A stretch of 64,000 bases of DNA from Octopus vulgaris (GCA_951406725.2 OX597830.1:11842001-11906000), one strand, 5' to 3'. Shown: positions 39,196-52,767, numbered from the stretch's first letter. Program-made: numbers and translations. The notes: a model not told the origin generated them from the letters alone.

Positions 39196-40594
39196 ATTCG
39201 TTGAATTTTTAAACCTTGTACTTACCCTTGTACGAAACGCTAAGTGATGGAGACATCAACAAACCAACACCAGATGTCCAGCGGTGACGGAGGATAAACA
39301 CAAATATACATACATACGCACACACACTCACATACATACACACATACATACATACACACATACATACATACGTCTAATTAATAGCGACGGAAGCACTATT
39401 AATACCAAAAGAAAATATCTATCCCCATTTAAAAGTGGATGCTGTGATCTATCTATCTACGTATGTATGTATGTATGTATGTATGTATGTATGTATGTAT
39501 GTATGTATGTATCCATCTATCTATGCATGTGTACATATACACATACATACATATATACATACATACATACATACACACACACATAAGTACGTATATACAT
39601 ACTTACATACATACATACATACATAGACATATATACATACATCCATCCATCCATCCATACATACATCCATCCATACATACACACATCCATCCATCCATCC
39701 ATCCATCCATCCATCCATCCATCCATACATACATACATACATTCATACATACATACATACATACATACACATACACACACACATACATACATACATTCAT
39801 ACATACATACATACATATATACATACATACATACATATATACATACATACATACATACACACATACATACATACATACATACATACATAAATCCATACAC
39901 ACCTACATATTATGTCATATTCCGACTGCACAAGGACAACAACCATTTTTGCAATACAAAGTCCAAGCCAAACTGCAGAAGGTGCCTGTGGTGGCAATGA
40001 TGCTTGGAAATGGTGCTAGGTTTGAACTTAACTGTGAAGGAAATAGATCCATCGGGCCATGTGCGTGTGTGTGTGTGCGTCTGGGTAAAGGCACAACAAA
40101 CCCATTCATCCATTCTCCGGAGGTGCCCTGTTAATGTTTCCCGTTTCCAATCCTGTGCAACACCCTGAATGGTAAAGCGTTGTTAGTTGTTGCGTTGCTC
40201 GAGGAAATATTAAAATCAAAGGTCTTCCCGCCTAAATAACCCATCTTTTTGTTAACCATATTGTATCAAGGAATATATCATCCAAAATGTATCTTTCTTT
40301 TATAGGCATGGCTGTGAGTTCGAGAAGCTTGCTTTCCAACCATGTTGCCTTGGGTTCAGTTCCACTGTGCGGCACATTGTGCAATTCTCTTTCATTACAG
40401 CTTTGTGCCAACCAAAGCCTTGTGTATAATATAATTGCCATTACTGTATTGATATATAAAATAACACATACAACTCACTTATTATTGTCATATAATAAAC
40501 AAACAGAAGTTCGTGTATGAAATTGACCTTTTTTTCTACTTCAATTATTACATGTTTTTTCTTATAAAATACACACATACAGGAGGAGTAAATC

Positions 40595-40676
40595 TCTATA
40601 TATAATAACACTTTGAATGTGGCTCCCGAGAAAGAGTAAATGTAATTACCCGATCAACGACGGGTATTACTGTTAG
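40595..40676 (+). mobile_element. Minimal non-autonomous Helitron
   Basis: 5' TCTATATATAATAAC; 3' hairpin TACCCG-atcaacga-CGGGTA then TTAG (degenerate CTAG). Confidence 0.55.
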
Positions 40677-40692
40677 TATAATATAATACAAT

Positions 40693-40837
<145 letters not shown>

Positions 40838-40896
40838 CTGTGTGTGTCTAATACTATATAAAGCTTATTTCATAAGTTAGCACACACACACATTTA

Positions 40897-40957
<61 letters not shown>

Positions 40958-41484
40958 CATACATATATATCCATATATAAATAAGCATATATACACATAT
41001 ACATACATATATACATATACATATAAACACACAATAGAAGTCAACTCGTGACCGAATAAGAGCACTTCTGAAACACATTATGCCTTGGCAAACGTTCTAA
41101 GAGTCCAAGATGTCACTAATGCTTAACAGCCGGTGTTGATGTATTTACGTTCCCGTAACATAGCGGTCCAGCAAACATTAACCGATATAATAAGTACCTT
41201 TAAAATATAAGTACTGGGATCTATTCATTCTACTAAAAATTCTGCATGCCGGTGCTCCAGCATGGCTGCAGTCTAATGACTGAAAGAAGTAAAAGGTAAT
41301 ATATATTGGCGAATGTGACAAGGCTTGCCCTTTGAAATACAGGTAAAGCTGAGTGTAGGAGAGCAACGTGAAATTTAGGGTTTTGCTCAAGGACACAAGG
41401 CCCAGTTGGGAACCGATCTCACGACCTTACGATCATGAACCAAATACCTCAACTACTAAGCCATGTGCCCTGTATATATGTTGT

Positions 41485-41772
41485 TGTTTGTTCCTTCTCG
41501 AGCCATGCCTGGCTCATAAGGGCCGGTTTCCCGGTTTCTTGGCGTATAGCTTCCCCACCTGGACAGGACACCAGTCCATCGCAGGTGAGCTGCAAGATGC
41601 AGGAGGAAAAGAGTGAGAGAAAGTTGTGGCGAAAGAGTGAGCAGAAGTTCGTCATTGCCTCCTGCCGGAGCCACATGGAGCTTCGGTGTTTCACTCGTCC
41701 GGTCTGTGATTCGAACCCGCGATCCCTCGACCGCGAGTCCGCTGCTCTAACCACTAGGCCATGTGCCTCCAC
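41485..41772 (-). mobile_element. SINE family C, tail type 3
   Basis: Family C head; tail CCTGCGATGGACTGGTGTCCTGTCCAGG (V-SINE-like domain) ending in (CAA)n. Confidence 0.88.
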
Positions 41773-41805
41773 CTGTATATATGTGTGTGTGTATGTGCGT
41801 GTGTG

Positions 41806-41841
<36 letters not shown>

Positions 41842-41861
41842 TGTATGTATGTATGTATGTA

Positions 41862-41894
<33 letters not shown>

Positions 41895-42247
41895 GTATAT
41901 ATATATACGGAGAGAGAGAGAGAGAGTGATTCATTCATAATGAATATATATAGATATGCATGTATATATGTATGTATGTATATATATAGATATGAATATA
42001 TATAGATATGCATATATTATACATATATGTTTATACTCATTTATGCATATGTAGTATTTTGGGCTGATGGGTATATGTCAATTAGTTTACAAATGTGTTG
42101 AGTAAAGCACTGTCACGGTTATGGGCTATCTGATGTCATCCGCAGTTGAAATATATTCCTGTTGCATCTACTTCTGGAATTCTTCAGTGTTAGTTGAGGT
42201 AATTATCGATTAAGTAAACAAGATGGATTTGGTATAAATCTTTATTT

Positions 42248-42362
42248 TGTCCGATGATCGTTTCGACTCATCCTATCCTGCGACTGCTCTTTATGGGTGG
42301 GTGGGATGCTGTGCATCGTATTGTGTTGCATCCATTTTGCAGTGTGGGTCACATCAGGTACA
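42248..42362 (-). ncRNA. Degenerate type I hammerhead
   Basis: Minus: tgtac-CTGATGT-gaccca..tgagtc-GAAAC-gatc-ATC-ggaca; core and stem III carry point changes. Confidence 0.5.
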
Positions 42363-42488
42363 CTCATACATAAAGTGGTGTCCCGCTTGAGTTTGGGCGG
42401 TTATGTTGTCATTTGCCTCTGTTAGGGAATATATGCATGCTTGTAAAGTATGTAAATATGTATAAATATATATGTACATAAGTGTGTC

Positions 42489-42595
<107 letters not shown>

Positions 42596-42596
42596 A

Positions 42597-42637
<41 letters not shown>

Positions 42638-43111
42638 TACAAGATGAAGGTCTCAAGAACACTTGAGGGGCGTCTGTCTTATCTTGTCACATACAATTGT
42701 CGAAGGGAGAACCAAAATCCGGTTGTCTTCAATAGCGATAAATAATACTTTATTTTTTCCGGGTTTCGCAAATAAAAAAATATATACACATATATTTTCC
42801 TTAAGGGCGAACCGGTAGCCAAATCCACAAGACTGTTCACGAATGTTCACTTGTGTGAGCCAAAATTACCGTCTCCGTTCCCGCTTAGAAGAGAGCTTCT
42901 CTATATGTAGGGTTTTATCATGGCTACCGAATAATTGTCACATATTACATTTACAGATATATATAACAATAGGGTAATTTATTATGTTTAAATATTCTTT
43001 GATAAATTTGTCCTCTCTGTCGCCGGGTATAATCTGCGTCTGCGCAGTGGTCTGAAAAGTTAGGATATACAGGCAGTTAGTTTTACATGTGGATCTGGCT
43101 GTCTCTCTCTT

Positions 43112-43527
43112 TTCTTTTCTCTCTTTTACTTGTTTCAGTCATTTGACTGCGGCCATGCTGGAGCACCGCCTTTAGTCGAGCAAATCGACCCCGGGACTTA
43201 TTCTTTGTAAGCCCAGTACTTATTATATCGGTCTCTTTTTGCCGAACCGCTATGTGACGGGGACGTAAACACACCAGCATCGGTTGTCAAGCAATGCTAG
43301 GGGGACAAACACAGACACACAAACACATACACACACATACATATATATATATATATACATATATACGACAGGCTTCTTTCAGTTTCCGTCTACCAAATCC
43401 ACTCACAAGGCTTTGGTCGGCCCAGGCTATAGCAGAAGACACTTGCCCAAGATGCCACGCAGTGGGACTGAACCCGGAACCATGTGGTTGGTTAGCAAGC
43501 TACTTACCACACAGCCACTCCTGCGCC
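43112..43527 (-). mobile_element. SINE family A, full length
   Basis: Near-identical to the 7902, 56441 and 58631 copies. Confidence 0.94.
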
Positions 43528-43777
43528 TGTGTATGTTTGAAATCTAAAGTGTGTATATTTGAAATCTAAAGGCTGTCCCACTTATGAAACTGGCCTTCAG
43601 TGAATATTTTTTTGCTGGAAATAGTTAGAAACCATGGTCTGGGAAATAATTGAGATGGTAAACGTTTTTAATTTTCATTCCTTTCGAGAATTTATCCTTA
43701 TTTGGTGGTTTGAGTTTTTTACTGCTCTTTCTAGCACAAGTCTTTCCTATTTGGAACCCACTTATTGTATTTCTATG

Positions 43778-43850
<73 letters not shown>

Positions 43851-43851
43851 C

Positions 43852-44160
43852 TAGCACTCTGTTGGTTACGATAACGAGTGTTCCAGTTGATTTGATCAAC
43901 GGAAGAGCCTGCTCGTAAAATTAACGTGCAAGTGGGTAAACGCTCCACAGACACGCGTACCGTTAACTTAGTTCTCGGGGAGATTCAGCGTGACACAGAG
44001 TGTGACAAGAGTGATCCTTTGAATTACAGGTACTACTCACTTTTTGCCTACTGAGTGGACTAAACAACGTGAAATAGTGTCTTGCTCAAAGATACAACGA
44101 ACCGCTAGGAATCAATGTCACGACCTTACGAATACACTAACCACTAAAATACGCGCCTTC
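43852..44160 (-). mobile_element. Older CORE-like SINE sharing tail type 1 with family C (related piece at 41310-41470)
   Basis: TTGAGCAAGACACTATTTCAC core-like block plus GTCACGCTGAATCTCCCCGAGAAC tail. Confidence 0.78.
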
Positions 44161-44317
44161 ACTATATATGTGTGTATGTGTGTATACATACATACATACA
44201 TACATACATACATACATACATACATACATACATACATACATACATACATGCATACATGCATACATACATACATACATACATACATACATACATACATACA
44301 TACATACATACATACAT

Positions 44318-45624
44318 GGTGGCTGCCCCCTCATTATCGAGTATGGCCATTGCACGAAGCTTAATCAATGTTGTTATCGTGCAATGCCTGTGCAAGAAGA
44401 TTTTTTTTTTAAAGTGCGGAAAGGCTGTGCACTGAGTCAGTCCCACTCACTAAGCAACACCCGCCATAATCCGAAAAGAAGAACAAGTCAACATCATCGG
44501 TAACCACTGAGCCGCAGGTTTTATATCGGAGCTATCCCAGTTACCTGAGTTACCTTCTCCTAGAAGGATGCCCTAACAAAGGCTAGGAGTCCTTTACTCC
44601 CAATGGTTTAACCTCGTGATCGGGTATTCAGTCCGATTATTTCTGCCTCCGCGCATGATACAGCCTTAAGACATTTATTGGATGGCCGTTGACTCTCAAG
44701 AGTTCCTCTGCCCTTTGAGAGGTTTTGTTTTTCATCCCGCAGCCATAATCCGAAAAGAAGAACAAGTCAACATCATCGGTAACCACTGAGCCGCAGGTTT
44801 TATGTCGGAGTTATCCCAGTTACCTGAGTTACCTTCTCCTAGAAGGATGCCCTAACAAAGGCTGGGAGTCCTTCACTCCCAATGGTTTAACCGCGCCATC
44901 GGGTATTCAGTCCGATTATTTCTGCCTCCGCGCATGATACAGCCTTAAGACATTTATTGGATGGCCGTTGACTCTCAAGAGTTCCTCTGCCCTTTGAGGG
45001 GTTTTGCTTTTCATCCCGCAGCCATAATCCGAAAAGAAGAACAAGTCAACATCATCGGTAACCACTGAGCCGCAGGTTTTATGTCGGAGTTATCCCAGTT
45101 ACCTGAGTATGTATGTATGTATGTATGTATGTATGTATGTATGTATGTATGTATGTATGTATACACACATACACACATATATAGTGAAGGCGCGTATTTT
45201 AGTGGTTAGTGTATTCGTAAGGTCGTGACATTGATTCCTAGCGGTTCGTTGTATCTTTGAGCAAGACACTATTTCACGTTGTTTAGTCCACTCAGTAGGC
45301 AAAAAGTGAGTTACCTTCTCCTAGAAGGATGCCCTAACAAAGGCTGGGAGTCCTTCACTCCCAATGGTTTAACCGCGCCATCGGATATTCAGTCCGATTA
45401 TTTCTGCCTCCGCGCATGATACAGCCTTAAGACATTTATTGGATGGCCGTTGACTCTCAAGAGTTCCTCCTCCCTTTGACGGGTTTTGTTTTTCATCCCG
45501 CAGTGTGTCCAATAAACACCCTCCTCACCAAGCAAGCTTGGTGGGGTTGCCGGTTTAGTCGCCGACGACCCGAACATGCAACAGGTTGTACTGGGTTACA
45601 TGTTACCAGTAACACTCGAAAGTG
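44318..45624 (-). mobile_element. (ATGT)n-embedded non-coding element (LINE 5'-UTR-like) with internal 279-bp triplication
   Basis: Flanked by (ATAC)n on both sides; units at 44463-44741, 44742-45020 and 45021-45502 (interrupted); minus-strand GGCATCCTTCTAGGAGAAGGTAACTC resembles an RTE-type 5' UTR motif; homologue at 15075-15445. Confidence 0.7.
45109..45311 (-). repeat. Inverted duplicate of 44035-44237
   Basis: Identical reverse complement; TGAGT microhomology at the right junction. Confidence 0.95.
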
Positions 45625-45798
45625 ACATACATACATACATATGTATTTTTATTTTTATGTATTTCTGTTAGCTTGCTTTCCTCGTTTCGACACGTGCTGT
45701 AATGATATAAGTGAAAATATTTTGTCGTTCGACGATTTAGCGCCTGTGTTTCACCATATTGGCAAAGGAATGTTTTTCTGTCTTTTCTTTTGCCCGTA

Positions 45799-46165
45799 TT
45801 ACGTCCACCTTAGCGAAGACGGAGGTATTGTTTTCGGTCGTGTTTTTGTTTGTCCCTGGACAAGATATCTCAAGAATCGCTGGATGGATTCGGTTGAGAC
45901 TTTCAGGGATGTTTGGCCTCGTGACTGGCACGAACTGATTAGATTTTGGGATCGATACGGCACTGGACAAGGATTCTGGATTATTTTTCCTGTTTTTTTT
46001 TTACTTAATTTTTGAGAGCGTTTAGGTTCATTTTTAGTATTCTCGTTTGTGAGAGCAGTCGAGTTTATTTCAGATATTCTCAGTTTAACAATCATCTCTG
46101 GCTAATCGTTGAGAGGACGTTGGTGTTGCCTTGGCGGAGGTTTGCGCTCTGTGAGTGCTCTTGTT
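45799..46165 (+). mobile_element. Non-autonomous Helentron (HINE/DINE-like)
   Basis: 5' TTACGTCCACC..GGAGGTATTGTTTT; 3' CTTGGCGGAGG followed by the GCGCTC-tgt-GAGTGC hairpin and TT. Confidence 0.8.
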
Positions 46166-46256
46166 ATTATTGTATTTATAATTTTCACCTTAAAAGGTAT
46201 TTTTCATATGCTGGCTACTGATAACATTTTTAAATAAAATTTTATCCTTATAATTA

Positions 46257-46320
<64 letters not shown>

Positions 46321-46629
46321 ATACACAAACACATATATACCCTCATGTAAACATGTGAATCCCAGTTGCAATGGTTGCATTTGATAGCACTGTCTTCCGG
46401 TCTGGTCCCGGTGCCACACCCCTGTCGATGTTATGTTTCATGAGAAGCAATGAACACTAGTAAAGAGAATAAACAATTCATATTCATATAATTTATATCA
46501 ACTTTCTAGAAATTAACGTTTCATTTTGACTGAAAATAATATTTCTTCCAATAGATAATATTCAACATTTGTAGTTGATGAAGTGTGTGTGAATGTGCGT
46601 ATGTTTCATGCAAGTATATATATATATGA

Positions 46630-46685
<56 letters not shown>

Positions 46686-46686
<1 letters not shown>

Positions 46687-46968
46687 TAGCACTATGGCCC
46701 GGCAACACCGGGTCATAGTGCTAGTGCATTCAATTGGCGTATCAAGTTTCGGGCATTTTGATTGGGTTTTGGATAGAAAATTCACGAAAAAAGTCATTTC
46801 TATTGACTTTTTAATGGCTTTACGGGGTGACTGGGGAAATGTAACGATGTGCACGACCACCTTTGGACGCTTTTGAATGACCATAGAAAGTGCGAGCCCT
46901 CTAACTGAAAAATTGTGGATTTGTATAAAGGACACACACACAGAGACATTTTGCCGTTTATATATATA
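46686..46968 (-). mobile_element. Non-autonomous Helitron
   Basis: 3' CTAG with a large terminal palindrome CTAGCACTATGGCCCGG-caaca-CCGGGTCATAGTGCTAG; 5' TATATATAAACGGC. Confidence 0.8.
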
Positions 46969-47604
46969 CTAGCAGTATCGCCCGGCGTTGCTCGGGTTTG
47001 TAAGGGAAATAACTATATAAGCATTTTTAGAGAGTTATAGCCAAAAAAATAGCAAAAAATGCATTAAAAATGGAAAAAATATGATGGTAAATTTTTTTAA
47101 AATCGTTGACTCATCGTAGACATTTTTAGAGAGTTACTTCCCTTATATAATAGCGAAAAAATGCATTAAAATGGAAAAAAAACGATGGTAAATTTTTTTT
47201 AAATCGTAGACTCATGTAGACGCTTTCTTAGCCATTTCTGTTTTGGTGTCTTCAAGCCATGAATTCGTTGTTCTAAAAGAACGCTGGTCTCCTTGACAAC
47301 GCATTACGACGTTGATTTCCTTACACACCCTTCCCCACAGGTGCAGGTGTGAGCGTGGACGCCAACTCCGCCGCCATCGACACACGAAAAATTATGCATT
47401 AAAATGGAATAAAAAATGATGTTAAATTATTTTTAAAATCGTAGACTCATCGTAGACGCGCGCTAATATTCAGACGGGCTCGATATGAATCACGACTATA
47501 AGCTACCCGAATTTGGTTAAACTGTACCGCAAAATGTGGGAGTAGTTAGGAATCTAAATCGAAGGGGACAGACACTCACACAACTACAGTTTTATATATA
47601 TAGA
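46969..47604 (-). mobile_element. Non-autonomous Helitron with internal repeats
   Basis: Minus 5' TCTATATATATAAAAC; 3' CCCGAGCAACGCCGGG..CTAG; internal ATGCATTAAAATGG..GACTCATCGTAGAC block present three times. Confidence 0.9.
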
Positions 47605-47609
47605 TATAC

Positions 47610-47985
47610 ATAGCGCAGTAGTGGTGAGATGTGACAGCAAAGAAAAGCATACATTCACTCTCTGCATGCAATTAGACTCGGAAAGTTCGTGAGGAACCCA
47701 TTGACCCAATTTGCTGACTTTTCCGATAGCACACAGGTGTCAATGAATGGTTGAATGACCAAATCCAAGCTTCTCTGCTAGTTCCTCAACAGTTACGATG
47801 ATATTTTGTTCCACCAGGGTTTTCAGGATGTCCTTGTCGAGTTCTACAGATCTTTCAGGATGAGGCTCGTCTTCTAGGCTGTAGTTTATGGCTCGGGATT
47901 TCTGGAACCACCATTGACACTGCCTTACGCTTATTGTCCAATTCCCATATACTGCATTAATATTTCTTGTACTTTGCACACATTT
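47610..47985 (-). mobile_element. Mariner N-terminal fragment
   Basis: TRNINAVYG..SVRQCQWWFQK..SLEDEPH..TVEELAEKLG..GKVSKLGQWVPHEL. Confidence 0.92.
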
Positions 47986-48039
47986 ATATTCTGTTATTCT
48001 TTTATATGTTTCAGCCTTGAGGTTGTGGCCATGCTGGAT

Positions 48040-48070
<31 letters not shown>

Positions 48071-48173
48071 CTATCTGTCTGTCTGTCTGTATGTATATAT
48101 GTATATGTATGTGTGTGAACAATAATATTTTCAACAGATGTGTTGCAAATGTATCTGATTGTTCTCAAGCTTC

Positions 48174-48223
<50 letters not shown>

Positions 48224-49080
48224 ATGTATGTATGTATGTATGTATATGTATGTATGTATGTGTGTGTGTATGTATGTGTGTGTGTGTGTGTATGTGTGTG
48301 TGTATGTATGTATGTATGTATGTATGTATGTATGTATGTATGTATGTATGAGTGTATGTTTACTTTATTACTAATTACTCTCTTCCAAGAACATTTTCAC
48401 TCACTCTTAGCTCTTAGCTTCCCATACATTTTACTCATGTATCTATCAGCGTCATAGACAGAATACTTTCACTTTAGTCTTCCTCAAATCACTGTCGCTA
48501 TTTACTTTCATTTTATTCGTTGCCCACTGTGTGTGTGCGTTTGCGTGTGGTGTAAACCAGACTAAGAAAAGCATTTGACACACACTGAATTACAAGCAGC
48601 TGGGGATTCGTAGCCCTCCAGCCTTCTTTCGAACTTTGCACCCAACGGTCTGAAGTCCAACGCCAAGTTCCTGCAGTTAGTAATGCTTTGGGAGTGCTAT
48701 AACAAATGTCGGTGTTGCACCACCGTCTTTCCTTGCGATTGCAATCAACATAGCGTGGAACCCTTGGTAAAGGATGCTTCCACCATTCAATATACTTTTT
48801 AATGAGGCAGAATATCTGTTCTATCGCACAGTGCCAAAATAACCACTGTCTGGTTTACTGGTCCACCACATCAACCTGCTTCCTTGGCCAGTTAATTCGT
48901 CTGACTTTCAGACGAATTAAGTCCTATAGAGAATATATAGGACTATAGTAAAAATAAGATTTGCTAATTTGCATCATAGGAATTACGTGGAGCTACTAAC
49001 GAAACTGCCTCGGCTTCCACGACACTTGTGCAGGGTTTGAGATTATTTTATTCTATGCAATGATGTACTGAAGCTAAAAG

Positions 49081-49461
49081 TGGAGGCGCAATGGCCCAGT
49101 GGTTAGGGCAGCGGACTCGCGGTCGTAGGATCGCGGTTTCGATTCCTAGACCGGGCGTTGTGAGTGTTTATTGAGCGAAAACACCTAAAAGCTCCACGAG
49201 GCTCCGGCAGGGGATGGTGGTGATCCCTGCTGTACTCTTTCACCACAACTTTCTCTGTACTCTTACTTCCTGTTTCTGTTGTACCTGTATTTCAAAGGGC
49301 CGGTCTTGTCACTCTCTGTGTCACGCTGGATATCCCCGAGAACTACGTTAAGGGTACACGTGTCTGTGGAGTGCTCAGCCACTTACACGTTAATTTCACG
49401 AGCAGGCTGTTCCGTTGATCGGACCAACCGTAAACCTCGTCGTCGTAACCGACGGAGTGCT
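49081..49461 (+). mobile_element. SINE family C, tail type 1, full length
   Basis: Family C head; tail ending CGTCGTAACCGACGGAGTGC. Confidence 0.93.
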
Positions 49462-49722
49462 TTGACGAAAATCTGCCTCTTTCTGCTTTTAGCCATCTCG
49501 CTGTATTATAACGGTATGTCATGGATGTTCGGATATTACTTTCTATTGTCTTCAGACACCGGATTTTAAATGGTTCCTGCATAGAAATCATAATCGTTAG
49601 TTTATCTACAAAATACTGGACTCTAATCAAATTGGATTTTGACGCTGTAACTTAACTGATAACATATTAAATTTTGCATGATATTCTATTTACTGCAAAC
49701 GTGTAACTTGGTGTAAAGTTCA

Positions 49723-49788
<66 letters not shown>

Positions 49789-49825
49789 CATACATTAAAA
49801 TACATACTTAAATGCTTTTGCTTAC

Positions 49826-50332
49826 ATTTTTACTTGTTTCAGCCATTAGACTGCGGCACACACTCCAGTACTTTTTTTTTATAAAGTCTTGTACTTATTC
49901 TATGAGTTTCTTTTTGCCAAATCGCTAAGTTACGGGGAGCATAAAAAACCCCACATAAAACAAACCAACACCGGTTGTGAAGCGTTAGTGGAGGACAAAC
50001 ACAAACAAACACATAGACATAAACATATATATGCCTTTCATCCTTTCGGGGTCGATAAATTAAGTACCGGTTACGCACTGGGGCCAATGTAATCGACTTA
50101 ATCCGTTTGTCTGTCCTTGTTTGTCCCTTCTGCGTTTAGCCCCTTGTGGGTAGTAAAGAAATAGATACATATATATTTACGACAGGCTTCTTTTAGTTTT
50201 CGTCTACCAAATCCTCTCGCAAGGCTTTGGTCGACCTGAGCTATAGTAGAAGACACTCGCCCAAAGTTCTGGGCAGTGGGACTGAACCCAAAATCATATG
50301 GCTGGGAAGCAAACTTCTTATCACACAGCCAT
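49826..50332 (-). mobile_element. SINE A (older) with nested opposite-strand SINE B fragment (50032-50162)
   Basis: Family motifs as above. Confidence 0.85.
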
Positions 50333-50809
50333 GATATAGCCATTGATGATCGAGCAGGTGGAAAGAGAGAAATATGGGGATGCGCCCACTAGCGTAGCCA
50401 GGGGTGGAGCGGTAGGGGCGTCCGCCCCGGGCGGCACTTTTGAAGGAGCTCTACTTTTGGGTCTACTGTAAGCAATATGTGTTTTTTTGTGGGTTCCGGG
50501 CGCCACACACTCTAGCCAGCTTGTGGATGCGCCGAACAACTTTTAATAAAGTTGTACTATCTGAAGTAAAAAAAACACACAAAACCCCCCCCAAAAAACA
50601 CTGCAAAATCCTTATGACTATGGTTTGAATACAGAAAAACGTTTGACACTGTTCCTTATTCATGGTAACTAAAGTCAATACAGCCGGTTTAATTGTAATA
50701 GAAAGTGGAACGACTGTCTCTGGTGTTATTTATATTCTTCAAATGGAATATTTCGAGATCACAGCCTATACCTGTGCATCTGTTTATTTTGGCCTTAAAT
50801 CCACTATCA

Positions 50810-51420
50810 TTTCTTCTTTTCTACTCTAGGCACAAAGCCTGAAATTTTTGGGGAGGCGGCCAGTCGATTAGATCGACTCCAGTACGCAACTGGTACTTAA
50901 TATATCGACTCCGAAAGGATGGAAGGCAAAGTCGACCTCGGCGAAATTTGAACTCAGAACGTAAAGACAGATGCACTACCTATTTCCATTTCTTTACTAC
51001 CCACAAGGGGCTAAACACAGAGAGGACAAACAAGGACAGACAAACGGATTAAGTCGATTATATTGACCCCAGTGCGTAACTGGTACTTATTTAATCGACC
51101 CCGAAAGGATGAAAGGCAAAGTCGACCTCGGCGTAAGACAGATGCAATACCGCTAACCATTTCGCCCGGCGTGCTAACGTTTTTGCCAACTCGCCGCCTT
51201 CTACTATCGTTTCTTCAATGAAAATCCAGTAGCTATGTCCTAGGATCTGCTGTGGCAAAACACACTAATATTGGCTTCAAATTTTGATACGAGACCAGCA
51301 GTTTCAGGGAAGGGGCTAAGTCGGTTACATCGACCCCAGCGTTCAACAGGTACATAAGACGGACGAAATGCTGCTAAGCATTTTGCCCAGCATGCTAACA
51401 ATTCTGCCAGCTCGCCGCCT
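50810..51420 (-). mobile_element. Cluster of SINE B copies (tandem pair 50810-51200, older copy 51270-51420)
   Basis: Repeated central domain; heads at 51200 and 51420. Confidence 0.9.
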
Positions 51421-51821
51421 TTCAATCCACACTAATATAAGCCATAATTTCCTCGGGGACGATTGGAAGATCTATGCCCTAACTATTTACTGCGCTAAAA
51501 AAATCAACAAGATTGAATTATATTTCCCACTGGAGTTTGATCAAAAGAAATATATCAACAATCGAACGTAGAAGACTTCTCAAAACCAAAATCTAATGGC
51601 CTCTTTCCTCTATTCCACAAAACATGTGTTACAAACATCTACATATTGATAATGAATATATTATACAAAGGTGCTATGAACAAGAACAAGGTAACCAAAG
51701 AGTTTTGCTCCAAACTTAAAAAGATATGTCAGAGTTTTTCTTTTGCAACAAGACAATATTCATTTACAGTACCCATACTGATACTAACGTTTGGGAAGTT
51801 CAACTGGTCTATAGAGGAAAT

Positions 51822-52116
51822 CACGTGATCACGTGACCGACCAGACCATCAGATGTTGTTACACATCGCTGGTCACAATGCGTTCGCATTGTTTTAGCCT
51901 TCGAATGACGCCACCCCGTTGGCTAAGCGAGCAGGCCAACAGAAGAAAGAGTGGTGAAAGAGTACAGCAGGGATCACCACCACCTGTCGGAGCCTCGTGG
52001 AGCTTTTTTAGGTGTTTTCGCTCAATAAACACTCACAACGCCCGGTCTGGGAATCGAAACCGCGATCCTGCGACCGCGAGTTCGCTGCCCTAACCATTAG
52101 GCCATTGCGCCTCCAC
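51822..52116 (-). mobile_element. SINE family C, tail type 2, with target duplication
   Basis: 10-bp duplication TAGAGGAAAT at 51812-51821 and 52117-52126. Confidence 0.95.
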
Positions 52117-52767
52117 TAGAGGAAATACGTTCCATATACATTGAAACCTGCAAGATCCTCACATTAACTGTAACTATCAACAAAAACAGTAATATCGAGC
52201 GCTTTGTCTCAGAAGAACAGAAGGATGTAAGCAGTACAAACAGCTTTTGTTATACACAGTAGCAGTAATAAATGAAATAAAAGAAAACATTAACTAAGTG
52301 CTGAAAACAATGAAGTGAACAATATCCTGCGAGCCGGCAGTGAACTCAAGTGAGAAACATTAACTTCTTGATGACCTCCCATACTGTTCCAGAAGTGCAG
52401 GGCTCACATATCTCTGCAAAGACCTGGAAAAGAAACTCTCAGCATACCCCAAAAGAGGTGATGCATGGGTATATTTCCCGAAAACTTGAAAAGGACTCGT
52501 GACCACTACGTCACGTCACCCCTTGAAGGCTACGCATTTGCAATCCAAAAGCAGGAGATAACTGCAAAATATCTCGTGAACAAATAGGACAGTGAAGCCT
52601 TTAAATTCTCAAGATATAACCTCAGGTGCCGATTATGTTATTCTTTGCGGCAGAAAAATGAAAATTTAAAAAAAAAGCCATAGAGATTAGTTGCTCTGCA
52701 GATGTGAACATTTCTTCTACAATCCAACTTCGAAACCTGCAGATCCTCTGTCCTGATTATAAATTTA

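Noticed and set aside
39915-40230. Possible LINE RT remnant (W..VVPLPR)
   Set aside because: Too degenerate to assign.
44463-45502. Regular repeats resembling a CRISPR array (also 31437-31645 and 38238-38305)
   Set aside because: Contiguous tandem units without unique spacers, no cas genes, eukaryotic context.
50387-50760. GC-rich start resembling an hAT terminus
   Set aside because: No matching opposite TIR or target duplication found.
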